Of a stretch of 64,000 nucleotides of DNA, positions 38,174 to 48,684 are shown piece by piece (within the stretch, counting starts at the first letter, position 1; each line of letters opens with the position of its first letter). This DNA comes from Ignisphaera sp. (GTDB taxonomy: Archaea > Thermoproteota > Thermoprotei_A > Sulfolobales > Ignisphaeraceae): assembly GCA_038889075.1 (NCBI GenBank), contig JAWAHS010000002.1:108930-172929 (forward strand). Direction: 5' to 3'. The notes below the pieces were generated by a model. It was given only the letters and a program-made list of their open reading frames with translations, was not told the origin of the DNA and ran no database searches. A program made the position numbers and the translations under genes.

Positions 38174-39052
38174 GTGACTAAAGAAGTTGAGAGGTATCCC
38201 CTACGTAACAAGCCATTCATATCGATAGCCATTCCATCATCATTTATATCAGAAGCGCCGGATCTGAGGGAGAAAACACGTAAAATCGGATACATTGGAC
38301 GGGCATCGGCTATTTTCCGTGTAGAGGAGGTCATGATATATGTAGATGATAATGACGAAAATGCTGAAATTATCACAAAAATTTTAAGGTATCAGGAAAT
38401 ACCGCCGTATCTGAAAAAGAGAATGGTAAGCAGGGATCCTATACTTAAATATGCCGGAATTTTGCCTCCCCTTAAAACACCTCATCATATAAACCCAAAA
38501 ATCTATGGTTTGAATATCCGTGAGGGAATTGTAGAGTATAGCAATAATATAAAGAGCATAGTCGATATAGGGATGGATAAGAAAGGCATTATGTATAACT
38601 CAATCCTGCCCATAAGGACTAGAATTACCGTGAGGATTGTTGAAGAAACGCAGGATTACTATATTGTAAAACCTATTGAGAAAAGTGATGTTGAGGTGTA
38701 CTGGGGGTATACGGTTAAAAAATTCGGTTCGCTTCGAAATCTAATAGACTATTCTATATCTAAAAGCTATATGATTATAGGAGCATCTAAAAAAGGTTCG
38801 ATGCTATACAGTATAGAGAGTGAATTGGGCAATGCTATGATAAGAGCAGGGAAGGTACTACTACTATTTGGAGGGCCTAGGCTTGATATAGATGAGATAG
38901 CCTTAAGTGAAGGCATAGATATAGATAGGTATTGTCACTATATAGTGAATTTCGTACCACGCCAGGGAGTAGAGAGTATACGTACAGAGGAAGCAGTATT
39001 CATAGTACTTTCTATAGTCAACTATCTTAAGGAAAAATTACTGCTGCAATAA
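38174..39052 (+). CDS. SPOUT-family RNA methyltransferase (DUF171/SPOUT1-like)
   Basis: SIAIPSS, G.I.RA.AIFRV, PPYL.K, GILPPL.TPHH, YWGY, Q...IRTEEA. Confidence 0.9.
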   Translation: MTKEVERYPLRNKPFISIAIPSSFISEAPDLREKTRKIGYIGRASAIFRVEEVMIYVDDNDENAEIITKILRYQEIPPYLKKRMVSRDPILKYAGILPPLKTPHHINPKIYGLNIREGIVEYSNNIKSIVDIGMDKKGIMYNSILPIRTRITVRIVEETQDYYIVKPIEKSDVEVYWGYTVKKFGSLRNLIDYSISKSYMIIGASKKGSMLYSIESELGNAMIRAGKVLLLFGGPRLDIDEIALSEGIDIDRYCHYIVNFVPRQGVESIRTEEAVFIVLSIVNYLKEKLLLQ

Positions 39053-39135
39053 TGCACTAAAATGCGCTAAACCAATACTCGTATATTGAGGATTCAGATT
39101 TAATACTGTGTCACGTTATAGTAACGATAGCAGAA

Positions 39136-40395
39136 ATGGGGTGTTTATTAAGGATGGATACAATTGAAAAGGTTGTAAATGGATTCAAAGAGAGATACAG
39201 TCAAGAACCAAACAGCATCGCCTCTGCTCCAGGACGATTAGATTTTCTAAATACACATCAAGACTATAAAGGGCTGCCTGTTGTAGCTGTTGGAGTAAAT
39301 CTAAGAACATATGTAGCTATTAGAAAAAGTAATGAGAAATACTGTGAAATTTTTTCAGAGAATATAGGTCTTAAGGACGAATTTAATATAGACAATATTA
39401 GCCTTGTTAGAGGAAGATGGTTTGGCGACTATCTAAGGGCCTCCATAATTGCTCTGAGGAAACACGGATATGATGTAACGGGATTCAGGGCATATATCAA
39501 TAGTGAAATACCCATAGCATCTGGTTTAGGTAGTAGTGCTGCATTAACCGTTGCCTTCATAAAAGCACTGGATTCTGAGTTCAATCTCAAGTTATCTAAA
39601 AAAGAGATTGCAGAGCTCGCCTTTGAAGCTGAGAATCAGATAATGGGAATACCATGTGGGAGGCTAGACCAATACGCCTCATCATATGGAGGAGTGGTAT
39701 TAATTAATACAAGACCTCCATACAATGTTGATGAGCTAAGGTTTAGCAAAGGGCTATTCATAGTTGTCGACTCAGGAATAAGGCACTCAACAGCTGATAT
39801 ACATCCTAATAGGCAGAGGGAGATAGAAGAGGGTCTTAGAGAACTTCTGTCAATGGAGATACCCAATCACATTAGGAATAAACTCGGCTATAGATTTTGG
39901 GAACCGAAGTGGGAAGAGTTGTCAGAAGATGAGCTGAAGCCCTATCTTGCAAATATAAATAGAATTTCTCTAAATAGAATACTATTTACATTAAGAATGC
40001 ATAGATCAACAATCATTGCTATAAAAATCATGAAAGGTGAGAAAATCAGTATCGATGAGATAAGTACTGCAATAGAAATTAGCAAAGGTGAAGTAGAGGG
40101 CATTCTAAATACTAGTGATTGGGATTTAAGGCTCCTAGGTATTGTGATGCTATATCAACACCGACTCCTAGGCGAACTCTACAATGTAAGTCTACCAGAG
40201 TTGGATAGGATAGTAATTGAAATAACAAATTCGGGTGCATATGGTGCAAAGCTATCAGGTGCAGGTCTAGGGGGTGCAGTCATAGGTTTGGTAAAGGATT
40301 CTAAAATAGGTAAAAAGGCACTCAGTAAAGTAATAGGTAGCTATGCTACTAACGGATACATCGTTAATGTAGATATAGGTGTAACAGCTCACTAA
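39136..40395 (+). CDS. galK: galactokinase (GHMP kinase)
   Basis: SAPGR.DF.N.H.DY, PIASGLGSSAA, CG.LDQ, GAKLSGAG.GG; next to galT. Confidence 0.88.
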   Translation: MGCLLRMDTIEKVVNGFKERYSQEPNSIASAPGRLDFLNTHQDYKGLPVVAVGVNLRTYVAIRKSNEKYCEIFSENIGLKDEFNIDNISLVRGRWFGDYLRASIIALRKHGYDVTGFRAYINSEIPIASGLGSSAALTVAFIKALDSEFNLKLSKKEIAELAFEAENQIMGIPCGRLDQYASSYGGVVLINTRPPYNVDELRFSKGLFIVVDSGIRHSTADIHPNRQREIEEGLRELLSMEIPNHIRNKLGYRFWEPKWEELSEDELKPYLANINRISLNRILFTLRMHRSTIIAIKIMKGEKISIDEISTAIEISKGEVEGILNTSDWDLRLLGIVMLYQHRLLGELYNVSLPELDRIVIEITNSGAYGAKLSGAGLGGAVIGLVKDSKIGKKALSKVIGSYATNGYIVNVDIGVTAH

Positions 40396-40399
40396 AAGG

Positions 40400-41386
40400 A
40401 TGGTGAAGTCTATGGAGTATAGAAAGGTACAGGAGCTTAGATGGGATCCTACACTAGGTGAGTGGATAATGGTATCTAACATCAGGGATTTAAGACCATG
40501 GCAACCTGAGAACTTCTGCCCCTTTTGCCCCGGAGCACCTGAAACTGGATTTGGGTGGGATACACTAATATTGAAAAATAGGTATCCTATGCTAAGTGAA
40601 GAACCCATTCCACCTGGGAAGTACAACTTCTACTCTACAGCACCATCCTATGGAAAATGCTATGTTGTAATAGAGACTCCAAAACACGACGTTGATGACA
40701 TAAGCGACCTGGACTATACTGAAATCTATAGAGTATTTGAAAATGTTAAGAGAAAAGAAGAGGAAGAAGCGAAGGATCCTAAGGCGGTATACTTCCTCTT
40801 CTTTAGGAATAAAGGTAGAGAGATAGGAGTTTCACTTACACATCCGCATTCACAGATATACGTTCTACCATTCATACCAATTAAAATACTGAGGGAATTG
40901 ATAAATTCAAACAGGTACTACAGTAAAAAAGGACGATGTCTATTTTGTGATATACTGAACACTGAAAGAGAGTACAGAGAAAGAGTAGTCGCTACTACAA
41001 AGTATTGGACTGCCTTCATACCATTCTATGCCCATTGGCCATTTGAGGTACACATATATCCGACGATTCATACGCAATTATTGTTGCAACTAGATTCTGA
41101 AATAGTTGAGGATATGGCTAGAATAGTAAGGAAGGTGTTATGCGGAATTAAAAATATATTTGAAAAGCCTATGCCATATATGATGGTACTTCACCAAGCA
41201 CCACTGAAAGGAAACTATAAATTCTATCATATGCATATAGAGATATACGGCATCTATAGAATGGTAGGGAAATTGAAGTATGCAGCAGGAATGGAAACGG
41301 GTGGAGGTAACTTTACATATGATAGTACACCAGAGGAAGCAGCACATATACTATACGGTGCTATAAGGACGAAATGTGAAGAATAA
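40400..41386 (+). CDS. galT: galactose-1-phosphate uridylyltransferase
   Basis: ELRWDP, CPFCPG, NKG..IGVSL.HPH.Q, KY.AG.E, PE.AA. Confidence 0.94.
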   Translation: MVKSMEYRKVQELRWDPTLGEWIMVSNIRDLRPWQPENFCPFCPGAPETGFGWDTLILKNRYPMLSEEPIPPGKYNFYSTAPSYGKCYVVIETPKHDVDDISDLDYTEIYRVFENVKRKEEEEAKDPKAVYFLFFRNKGREIGVSLTHPHSQIYVLPFIPIKILRELINSNRYYSKKGRCLFCDILNTEREYRERVVATTKYWTAFIPFYAHWPFEVHIYPTIHTQLLLQLDSEIVEDMARIVRKVLCGIKNIFEKPMPYMMVLHQAPLKGNYKFYHMHIEIYGIYRMVGKLKYAAGMETGGGNFTYDSTPEEAAHILYGAIRTKCEE

Positions 41387-41609
41387 AAACTTACACGTTT
41401 TATCGCAAGTGCTAATGGATTTAATGCTTCCAAGATTTTCTAACTATTGAATGATATGACCATTAATTCTAATTTTTATCGAATCGTATTGATGGAGTTC
41501 CATAAGATACCTATAAACATCTTAAGAGATGAATGATGATAGATAGATTCTGCTAGTAAAATAGGATAAAACATTTATTAGCTAGAGATATACTTAATTA
41601 TATGGTGGG

Positions 41610-42845
41610 ATGGTGTTACGTAAAACTATAATACCCTTGGGAGGCCTGGGTACTAGGTTACGTCCACTTACGGTTGAGACTTCAAAGGCTCTAGTTAGAT
41701 TTCTTAATAGACCACTTATAGAATTTACAATTGTTAAGTTAGCTAAACAGGGTGTAACAGAATTCTATATGGGGGTAAGTGGTTATTTTAATTATAGGGA
41801 AGTTTATGACTATTTCGGTGAGGGTCTAAAGATTAGAGTAAAGTATGATTTACCTAATGTTAGGATAAGGTATCAACCAAACGAGGAGAGTATAGGTAGT
41901 GCAGATTGTGTAAGGATAATCATGGATTACTATGATATTAGAGAACCGGTGCTAATTGTACAAGGTGATCTACTGTTTGACATAGATCTTCAAAGTATGT
42001 GGGCATTCCATATAAAAAATAACAGTTTTATGACTATAGCAGTAAAGTATCTTGAGAAGGAAGAGGAGTTATCACATTTTGGTGTAGCAGATATAGATTC
42101 TGAAAATAGAATTAGGAGATTCGTTGAGAAACCTAAAACATTAAAGGAGGCTCCAAGCAATTTCATAAATACGGGGATATATGTACTTTCAACTGGTTTT
42201 AGAGATTTTCTAAATAGCGATATAGTTAATTATATGAGGCAGAGAAACATGATGGATTTTGGGCAGCACATAATTCCATTGGTTATACAGATGTTTGGCA
42301 GTGTTTATGCATATGAGCTAAAAGGATACTGGTTTGACATTGGAACGCCAGAGAGATATTTAGAGGCAGTATTCTATCTTCTCCAACATATGACACCAGA
42401 GGAGCTGGAGGCAAAGCCATTAACACCCAATGTTAAGGTGCAAGGGAAGAGCCGAGAATCTAATATGCTACACCAGGAAATACTATCAAAGATTGTGAGA
42501 GGTGAGATAAAAACTGATGGCGAGATTCTTATAGGTAGGCATGTAAAAATAGGAAAGAATGTTTCACTATCGGATTCCGTAGTAGATAACTATACTATTA
42601 TCGAAGACGAAGTAAACATCAACAGGAGTGTAGTCATGGATAGATGTAGAATAGGTGCTCGAACCTCTATATCAAATAGTATAATAGGAAGGCATGTCAG
42701 AATACAAAAAAATGTTAAAATAGTTAACAGTGTTATAGGTGATGACACGATAATCGGGGATAATGTTACTCTTGTGAATACAAGGGTATGGGCTCATAAA
42801 GAGATTTCTCCAAACGCCCATATAGAAAACATAATTTTTAGCTAG
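41610..42845 (+). CDS. NDP-sugar synthase (sugar-1-phosphate nucleotidyltransferase with left-handed beta-helix)
   Basis: GG.GTRLRPLT...K, F.EKP, INTGIY, GYWFDIGTP, hexapeptide repeats. Confidence 0.9.
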   Translation: MVLRKTIIPLGGLGTRLRPLTVETSKALVRFLNRPLIEFTIVKLAKQGVTEFYMGVSGYFNYREVYDYFGEGLKIRVKYDLPNVRIRYQPNEESIGSADCVRIIMDYYDIREPVLIVQGDLLFDIDLQSMWAFHIKNNSFMTIAVKYLEKEEELSHFGVADIDSENRIRRFVEKPKTLKEAPSNFINTGIYVLSTGFRDFLNSDIVNYMRQRNMMDFGQHIIPLVIQMFGSVYAYELKGYWFDIGTPERYLEAVFYLLQHMTPEELEAKPLTPNVKVQGKSRESNMLHQEILSKIVRGEIKTDGEILIGRHVKIGKNVSLSDSVVDNYTIIEDEVNINRSVVMDRCRIGARTSISNSIIGRHVRIQKNVKIVNSVIGDDTIIGDNVTLVNTRVWAHKEISPNAHIENIIFS

Positions 42846-42899
42846 CCTTATTGAATTATATGATGAAGATGCAATTTAACTCTCTATTAAAATGCTCTA

Positions 42900-44444
42900 C
42901 TAAATTGCAATCTTAGATAGAAGTGAATAAACACTTGCTAGCCACGATTTTATTGCCTTAGGATTCCAAAATTCAGCCCACCAATAATCGCTATCAAGTA
43001 CGTGATAAAATGACCATAAAGTATTTCTCAGATTTATATCATTTTTCACAATCATTTTATAGAGTCTAATGAGGTCGTAAGCTTTAGAAACTTCGTACCA
43101 TAGAGATTTCTGTTCGTATAGTTCCCCATCCCATTTATAGAAGCCGTTTAGCCATGATGTAGTTGGTATATACAGGAGTTTTCTAATTTGGGAGCAACTT
43201 TTGGTAACCTCATTTAGCGTAGATGTTTTCACAAATCCTTTCCTCTGAAGCACATCAAGATATCTATACATTGTGTAGAGGAAGGGGTATGTATTTCTAG
43301 GATATTTAGAGAAAATCATCCAGTTTTCACCGTCAAGCGCTATTGTAACAATACCTCTTCTTCTTAGAAGCTTCATTATAACGGATTGAGCACCTTTAAT
43401 TGCATGAGATTCTGAAGGAAAGTTGTTATTAAAGCCTATCGTATCACTTATTTCCTGATCCCTAAACAAAACCTTCAGCTTATTGCCATCGTATACAACT
43501 TCATAGGGTTCATATATCGTACCCTTATCTCCAACAGCTCTATGGAAATGGCTTTTGCCACATAGTACAGTATACTCTATACCACTACTGTGGTAGATCT
43601 TTACAAGTCGATCATGCCAAGCCATTTCGGGAGTCCAAGCACCCTTAGCTGAAACCCCGAGAATTTCATAGGTTAGCCTAATCCCCAAATCAAGCTCCTC
43701 TCGAATTATATCCTCCATGCCAAATCTATCTATCAGATAGCCTAGAATTGTATGCGCATAAACAGATGTGAGGACCTCTATGTTATTTGTTGATACAAGA
43801 TCCTTAAACATCTTTAGAGTTTCTTTTACCATTTCTATTTTCACATCACTACTTGGTATAGATATACCATCTTCAGTTGTATATCCATTCTCTATAGCAG
43901 ATTTCCACTGGTATAATAAACTTGGAGATAAATGGACAACGGTCTTTACATTTGGAAATAGGGAGTATATCTTAGCATGGACATAGTAAGGGCCGCCTAG
44001 AGTGTATGGTTCAAAAAGATTGTACCACACCCATCTAAATGGATAATCCGCAAAATATTTTCCGTTTGGAAGATAGTTGGGTGGCTGATGATGATGCCAT
44101 ACGATAATAGCTTCTACCAGTCTTGATGGTCTCTCATGTAGTTCTACTGAAAGAGATTCCTCAGCTATATTATTACATGCTTCCACTCTAGACGTTATGG
44201 ACATTTCTGCATTGCCATAAGTGTTGGATGGTAATGAAAATTGGAATAAGGCATAGGCAGTAGATCCATCTATTATTTTAGCAACCTTTTTCTCTCTATG
44301 TATATCAATTCCTCTATCTATTATTTTAGCCCTAAGCTCTACTTCAATATTATTACAGTTGGAAACGTTATATACATAAACTTCAGTAGCGACATCATCA
44401 CCATGTGTGTATGCCATTGAATCTGGTACTATGGCCACATTCAT
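42900..44444 (-). CDS. GH57 glycoside hydrolase (amylopullulanase/alpha-glucan-active)
   Basis: WHHHQP, YAH.IL, GAW.PEMA, FRD..SD.IGF, ALDGENW, SD.WW. Confidence 0.88.
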   Translation of the reverse strand: MNVAIVPDSMAYTHGDDVATEVYVYNVSNCNNIEVELRAKIIDRGIDIHREKKVAKIIDGSTAYALFQFSLPSNTYGNAEMSITSRVEACNNIAEESLSVELHERPSRLVEAIIVWHHHQPPNYLPNGKYFADYPFRWVWYNLFEPYTLGGPYYVHAKIYSLFPNVKTVVHLSPSLLYQWKSAIENGYTTEDGISIPSSDVKIEMVKETLKMFKDLVSTNNIEVLTSVYAHTILGYLIDRFGMEDIIREELDLGIRLTYEILGVSAKGAWTPEMAWHDRLVKIYHSSGIEYTVLCGKSHFHRAVGDKGTIYEPYEVVYDGNKLKVLFRDQEISDTIGFNNNFPSESHAIKGAQSVIMKLLRRRGIVTIALDGENWMIFSKYPRNTYPFLYTMYRYLDVLQRKGFVKTSTLNEVTKSCSQIRKLLYIPTTSWLNGFYKWDGELYEQKSLWYEVSKAYDLIRLYKMIVKNDINLRNTLWSFYHVLDSDYWWAEFWNPKAIKSWLASVYSLLSKIAI

Positions 44445-44534
44445 TTCAGCACTCCTATGTAGTCTTATTTTACTAAGATAAATAAAAACAGTTATAGTTA
44501 TGTAGTATACTGCAACAGCTTAAGCTTTAATGAA

Positions 44535-46079
44535 CTAAGATACCTTAGATCCACGTAGAATTGAAATTACCATTTCTCGCAATTTTTCATAATCCTTAAT
44601 ACTGTTGACGTTCTGTGACAGTTCTTCTAATCTTGTTGCAATTTCATCTAACATGAAGAATGTTCTTATCCAGTTAGCTAAATCACCCCTACGGAGATGG
44701 TATATAATCGATTCTACTGGAACCTTCTCTAGCAATGTAATGAGTTCTGGGAGACTGCGTGCTTTTAAGCTTAGAGGTCTTCCAGGTGTTAAATAGAATT
44801 GAAATGAATAGAGAGATGGTAGGACAATATTATATGCATATTTGTATGGATTTTCAGCTATTTTACTAGATATAGCTGAGGCAAGAGCTGTTAATGCCTC
44901 AGTGTAAACTCTTAATGCAGTAAATAGGTTTTTGTATGGAGAGAAGTAGGTGTGAACCTCACCGGCAGCGCCACCTTTCATAGAGAGATAGTATAGATGA
45001 TCACTAGAGCCAAGCATTCTCCAGACCCGTAGATGATCATTGCCAACTGCTTTGGCATACGGCTCTAGGAATGTATAGAATTCGAAGATAGTTTTCTGGA
45101 TTTCGTTACCTAGCCAAGCAGATAGATCCCTCTCGTCAGCCCAACTTATTGTATTCCAAGGTGGTACATTATATACGTCTCGAATGGGGTACTTAAATGC
45201 TGCTGTAGAGGGAAATTCTGTAGCTATATTGTACTTTGCAATTTCTAGCGGAAGCCATCTTAGGAATTCGTGTATACCTGTATTGATACTATGATGTTCC
45301 CCAAATGTTTCGTAGTCTATGGCTACAAGTATTACATCGCCACTTGTTTGAGAAAGCCATTGAGCATACTTTTCGGCTGTAAGTGGATACTGATCCCATT
45401 TTTTATCTGAAAATCTAAAACCTATATCATCGCTAAGCCTATAGTTTCTGAGTAACACCCTTATATCTGAACCCCATGCTTTATATACATAATTAGGGCT
45501 TCTCCAACCTAGGACACAGTCTACACCCTCAGTTAGAATAACCCTATATCCCAGTTTATTAAGAAGGTGTGCAATATTGTTATTATATATAAATTCTGTG
45601 TTTTCCACCACAATAGGCTCGATGCCAAATATGTCACGGAGTAGACCTCTGTGCATGGCAATCTGCTCTATAAATTCATCATACTCAGGAAATAGGGATG
45701 CAAGGCTATGGTAATATGTTTGCTCAACAAGTTCTACAATACCATTAGAAACAGCTTCGGAAATCAACTCCACAACCATTCTATTCCATTTCAAAGCCTG
45801 TTCTATAAAAACACCGCTCATACTAAGTGAAAACTTAAAGTATTTGCCATATCCTTTGAGATCCTTATTTACATCAATTAAAATTTTTGTTGCCGGAATG
45901 TAGCAGTTTAGCGCCACTCTATTAAATATATTTCTATTCAAATCCTCATCAAATAAGGCAGTATACAGTAGTCTACTGTTTGACGATGATTTGAAGGAAT
46001 TCTTAATTAGATGGAATACTATGTCGTCTCTTAACCTGTAAGGCTGATGAACTTCAAACATAAATACGATATCAGTCAT
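44535..46079 (-). CDS. GH57 alpha-amylase
   Basis: FEVHQPYR, TYYHSL, NTEFIY, LSDDIGFRFS, DYETFGEH, SWADE.D.SAWLGN. Confidence 0.93.
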   Translation of the reverse strand: MTDIVFMFEVHQPYRLRDDIVFHLIKNSFKSSSNSRLLYTALFDEDLNRNIFNRVALNCYIPATKILIDVNKDLKGYGKYFKFSLSMSGVFIEQALKWNRMVVELISEAVSNGIVELVEQTYYHSLASLFPEYDEFIEQIAMHRGLLRDIFGIEPIVVENTEFIYNNNIAHLLNKLGYRVILTEGVDCVLGWRSPNYVYKAWGSDIRVLLRNYRLSDDIGFRFSDKKWDQYPLTAEKYAQWLSQTSGDVILVAIDYETFGEHHSINTGIHEFLRWLPLEIAKYNIATEFPSTAAFKYPIRDVYNVPPWNTISWADERDLSAWLGNEIQKTIFEFYTFLEPYAKAVGNDHLRVWRMLGSSDHLYYLSMKGGAAGEVHTYFSPYKNLFTALRVYTEALTALASAISSKIAENPYKYAYNIVLPSLYSFQFYLTPGRPLSLKARSLPELITLLEKVPVESIIYHLRRGDLANWIRTFFMLDEIATRLEELSQNVNSIKDYEKLREMVISILRGSKVS

Positions 46080-46151
46080 CTATAACGCCTAGGATTATAA
46101 AAATGAATGATTATATAAATTTTTAATAATATTCTTAATGAGTCACAACTG

Positions 46152-47201
46152 GTGAGTGAATTGGAAAACTCCGACAATCCATATCTTATAGAGAGGTTAA
46201 CTACTATAGAGATTCGGAAGAGGAGTATAAGTGAGCTTATAAGGGCAATGGCCGACACAGCATATCAAGGGCGCGCTCTAGGAGAAGTCCACAACATTAT
46301 TATTGATATGTTGACCGATCCTGATGTAGTTATATTTATGGGTCTAGCAGGCTCTATGAGTACAGCTGGTATGTGGAAGATTATAAAGTGGTTTATTGAG
46401 AACAGATATGTAGATGTACTCGTTTCTACAGGAGCCAATATTTCAGAAGATATATATGAAGCAATGGGGTTTAGCTACTATAAGGGAAGCCCATATGTTG
46501 ATGATGGTGAACTACTAAAATATAAAGTTGACAGATTCTATGATGTATTCGCCAGTGAGATTGCTTATAGAGAGATGGAGAATTTGATAAAAGACTTTAT
46601 ATGCACACTTCCAAGTGGCTCTATCTTTTCAACAGCAGAGTTTCTATATCTATTTGGGAGGTATCTAAACAATAAAAATATAGACGGCATTGTCTCCGCA
46701 GCGTATCGCGTTGGTGTGCCAGTATTTTCACCAGCTCTAGTAGATAGTGGATATGGTATTGCAGCAGTACTAGCATTAAGAGAATCTAACCATAGAGTAG
46801 TACTAGACATGGTTAAAGATTTTGACCAAATTGTTGAAATAGGTAGAAGAGCAACAAAGATGGCCGCAATTTATATTGGTGGGGGGGTTCCAAAAGATTA
46901 TATTAATCTCGTTACTGTAGCACAGACACTAATAGCCGAAAAGGCGGGTTTAAAGGACTACTACAAATCACTCGAGTATGTAGTTCAGATAACAATGGAT
47001 TCACCGCAGTGGGGAGGACTATCTGGTGCAACACTGGAAGAGGCTGTAAGTTGGGGTAAGGTTTCGCCGAGAGCAAGGAAACGGGTCGTCTACGTTGATG
47101 CTACAATAGCATTGCCATTAATTGCTCATGCAGTCTATGAAGAAAATATAAAAAGAAAGAATCCACCTGACTTTAAATGGTTCTTTAATCACCTGGCGTA
47201 G
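46152..47201 (+). CDS. dys: deoxyhypusine synthase
   Basis: VSTGAN, P.L.DS, GGG.PK, GGLSGA...EAVSWGK (catalytic Lys), DATIA.P. Confidence 0.94.
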   Translation: MSELENSDNPYLIERLTTIEIRKRSISELIRAMADTAYQGRALGEVHNIIIDMLTDPDVVIFMGLAGSMSTAGMWKIIKWFIENRYVDVLVSTGANISEDIYEAMGFSYYKGSPYVDDGELLKYKVDRFYDVFASEIAYREMENLIKDFICTLPSGSIFSTAEFLYLFGRYLNNKNIDGIVSAAYRVGVPVFSPALVDSGYGIAAVLALRESNHRVVLDMVKDFDQIVEIGRRATKMAAIYIGGGVPKDYINLVTVAQTLIAEKAGLKDYYKSLEYVVQITMDSPQWGGLSGATLEEAVSWGKVSPRARKRVVYVDATIALPLIAHAVYEENIKRKNPPDFKWFFNHLA

Positions 47202-47286
47202 AAGCAACATAGTCGTATGTTCTAAGTATAAAAACTTATTTTCTCTGTTGTTTATGGTATGCATTAATTGCTGGTGTATGTGCTGA

Positions 47287-48003
47287 ATGTTTAATAGTAA
47301 GGCAATTAAGAAGAGTGAAAAAATAAGAATTCTAAAGATGCTTAAAGCGCTAAACTTCTTCTACAGTTTGAGAGAATTAGAGGAAATGCTAAATATTCCT
47401 TTCCAAAGCCTTTGGAAATATGTGAATTTTATTGGAGTTCCAAGTGATGAGATAGCAAACGAAATTATAGAGAGAATATCTAAATCGAGGATCATTGAGA
47501 ATACATTAGTAGAGATGGCCAAGAGCAATAGCAGCAATTACTATAGTTTAGTTAGAAATATAGGATTTATAGAACTATTTACACTAGTAGTAGAAGAGAT
47601 GCTGAGGAAACTTAATATCGATATAGATTGCATATTTAGTTTGTCACAGGAAGGAGCACCGATAGCAACCTCTCTAGCATTGGAATTAGGATCAGAGATA
47701 TGCTTTCCATTAACAAATAGAAATATTCGTGAAGATGTAGCAAAGATTGTATGGTACTATTCGTATAGTGAAAGGGAATATAAATATATGCTAATTCCAA
47801 GAGAGTGCATTCACAGAGACGAAAGGGTACATATAGTTGATGTAGCTATGGATGATTCTGAGAAACTAAAGCTAATCATATCATTGATGCGAACAAACGG
47901 TGTAGAGGTTGTAGGATTTTCAACTGTATATATATCTAGTGAGTGTCTAAAAGTTCTAGAGGAGAACAATACACAAATTCTTTACTATACACATATAATC
48001 TAA
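47287..48003 (+). CDS. HTH plus phosphoribosyltransferase-like domain protein (putative regulator)
   Basis: N-terminal S.REL...L.IP...L..Y...P HTH; G.PIA..A..LG and RV.IVD degenerate PRPP loop. Confidence 0.75.
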   Translation: MFNSKAIKKSEKIRILKMLKALNFFYSLRELEEMLNIPFQSLWKYVNFIGVPSDEIANEIIERISKSRIIENTLVEMAKSNSSNYYSLVRNIGFIELFTLVVEEMLRKLNIDIDCIFSLSQEGAPIATSLALELGSEICFPLTNRNIREDVAKIVWYYSYSEREYKYMLIPRECIHRDERVHIVDVAMDDSEKLKLIISLMRTNGVEVVGFSTVYISSECLKVLEENNTQILYYTHII

Positions 48004-48065
48004 TGCTATATGTATCTACAGATAATTGAATAAAGTTTTTTAATAACCATATAGTAGGTAATACT

Positions 48066-48149
48066 ATGGTGAAAGAAGTGTCAAAGAAGCCGGAAAAGAA
48101 AGAAGCTAAGAAGGAGGAGGCTAAGAAGGAAGAAAAGAAGAAGAAATAA
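48066..48149 (+). CDS. unannotated 27-aa Lys/Glu-rich microprotein MVKEVSKKPEKKEAKKEEAKKEEKKKK
   Basis: Clean ATG-TAA frame; TATA-like TTTTTTAATA at 48036-48045; alternative in-frame GTG at 48078 after GGTGA. Confidence 0.65.
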   Translation: MVKEVSKKPEKKEAKKEEAKKEEKKKK

Positions 48150-48252
48150 TGCGACTGTTATATGGGTGAGAGGGCTGTTTCTAAATAGATAGTTGTTGTG
48201 GGAAGCTAATGAATTTTTAAAGGAAACACTACTGTGAGGCGTGAGGGGGAGG

Positions 48253-48684
48253 TTACCCAAGCAATATAATGGGTTGACCTACATTAACGTATGAACCATC
48301 CTTAACTAAAATCTTTTTTACAATACCGCTTCTAGGACTTTTAATTTCTATCTCCATTTTCATCGATTCAACTACTGCAATAGTATCACCCATGCTTACT
48401 CTATCACCTTCACTAACAAATATTTTTAGAATGCGTCCAGGTATTTCGGAGAAGATAACATTCTCTTCAAGGAGGCTAGACCCAATCTCTATAGATTTTT
48501 GGATCGTGCTAACATGTTCGTTAACCTTGTTATGGGTATTCCTACTTAATAGCTGTGTAGTATTATTGTTATTATTCTCAACTACATGTACTATATATTC
48601 TTTGGAACCTATTTTTATCCTAAGGGTATCCTTTTGCTCTTCAAATATTTCAACATCATATCTTTTATTATTCAATTCAATCAA
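48253..48684 (-). CDS. biotin carboxyl carrier protein (true start possibly ATA at 48705)
   Basis: IPG.I....V.EGD.V..G, ESMKME biotinylation motif, SP.SG.V. Confidence 0.92.
   Translation of the reverse strand: MIELNNKRYDVEIFEEQKDTLRIKIGSKEYIVHVVENNNNNTTQLLSRNTHNKVNEHVSTIQKSIEIGSSLLEENVIFSEIPGRILKIFVSEGDRVSMGDTIAVVESMKMEIEIKSPRSGIVKKILVKDGSYVNVGQPIILLG

Noticed and set aside
41533-41560. ATGATGA box C-like motif upstream of the NDP-sugar synthase
   Set aside because: No proper D', C' or D boxes at suitable spacing.
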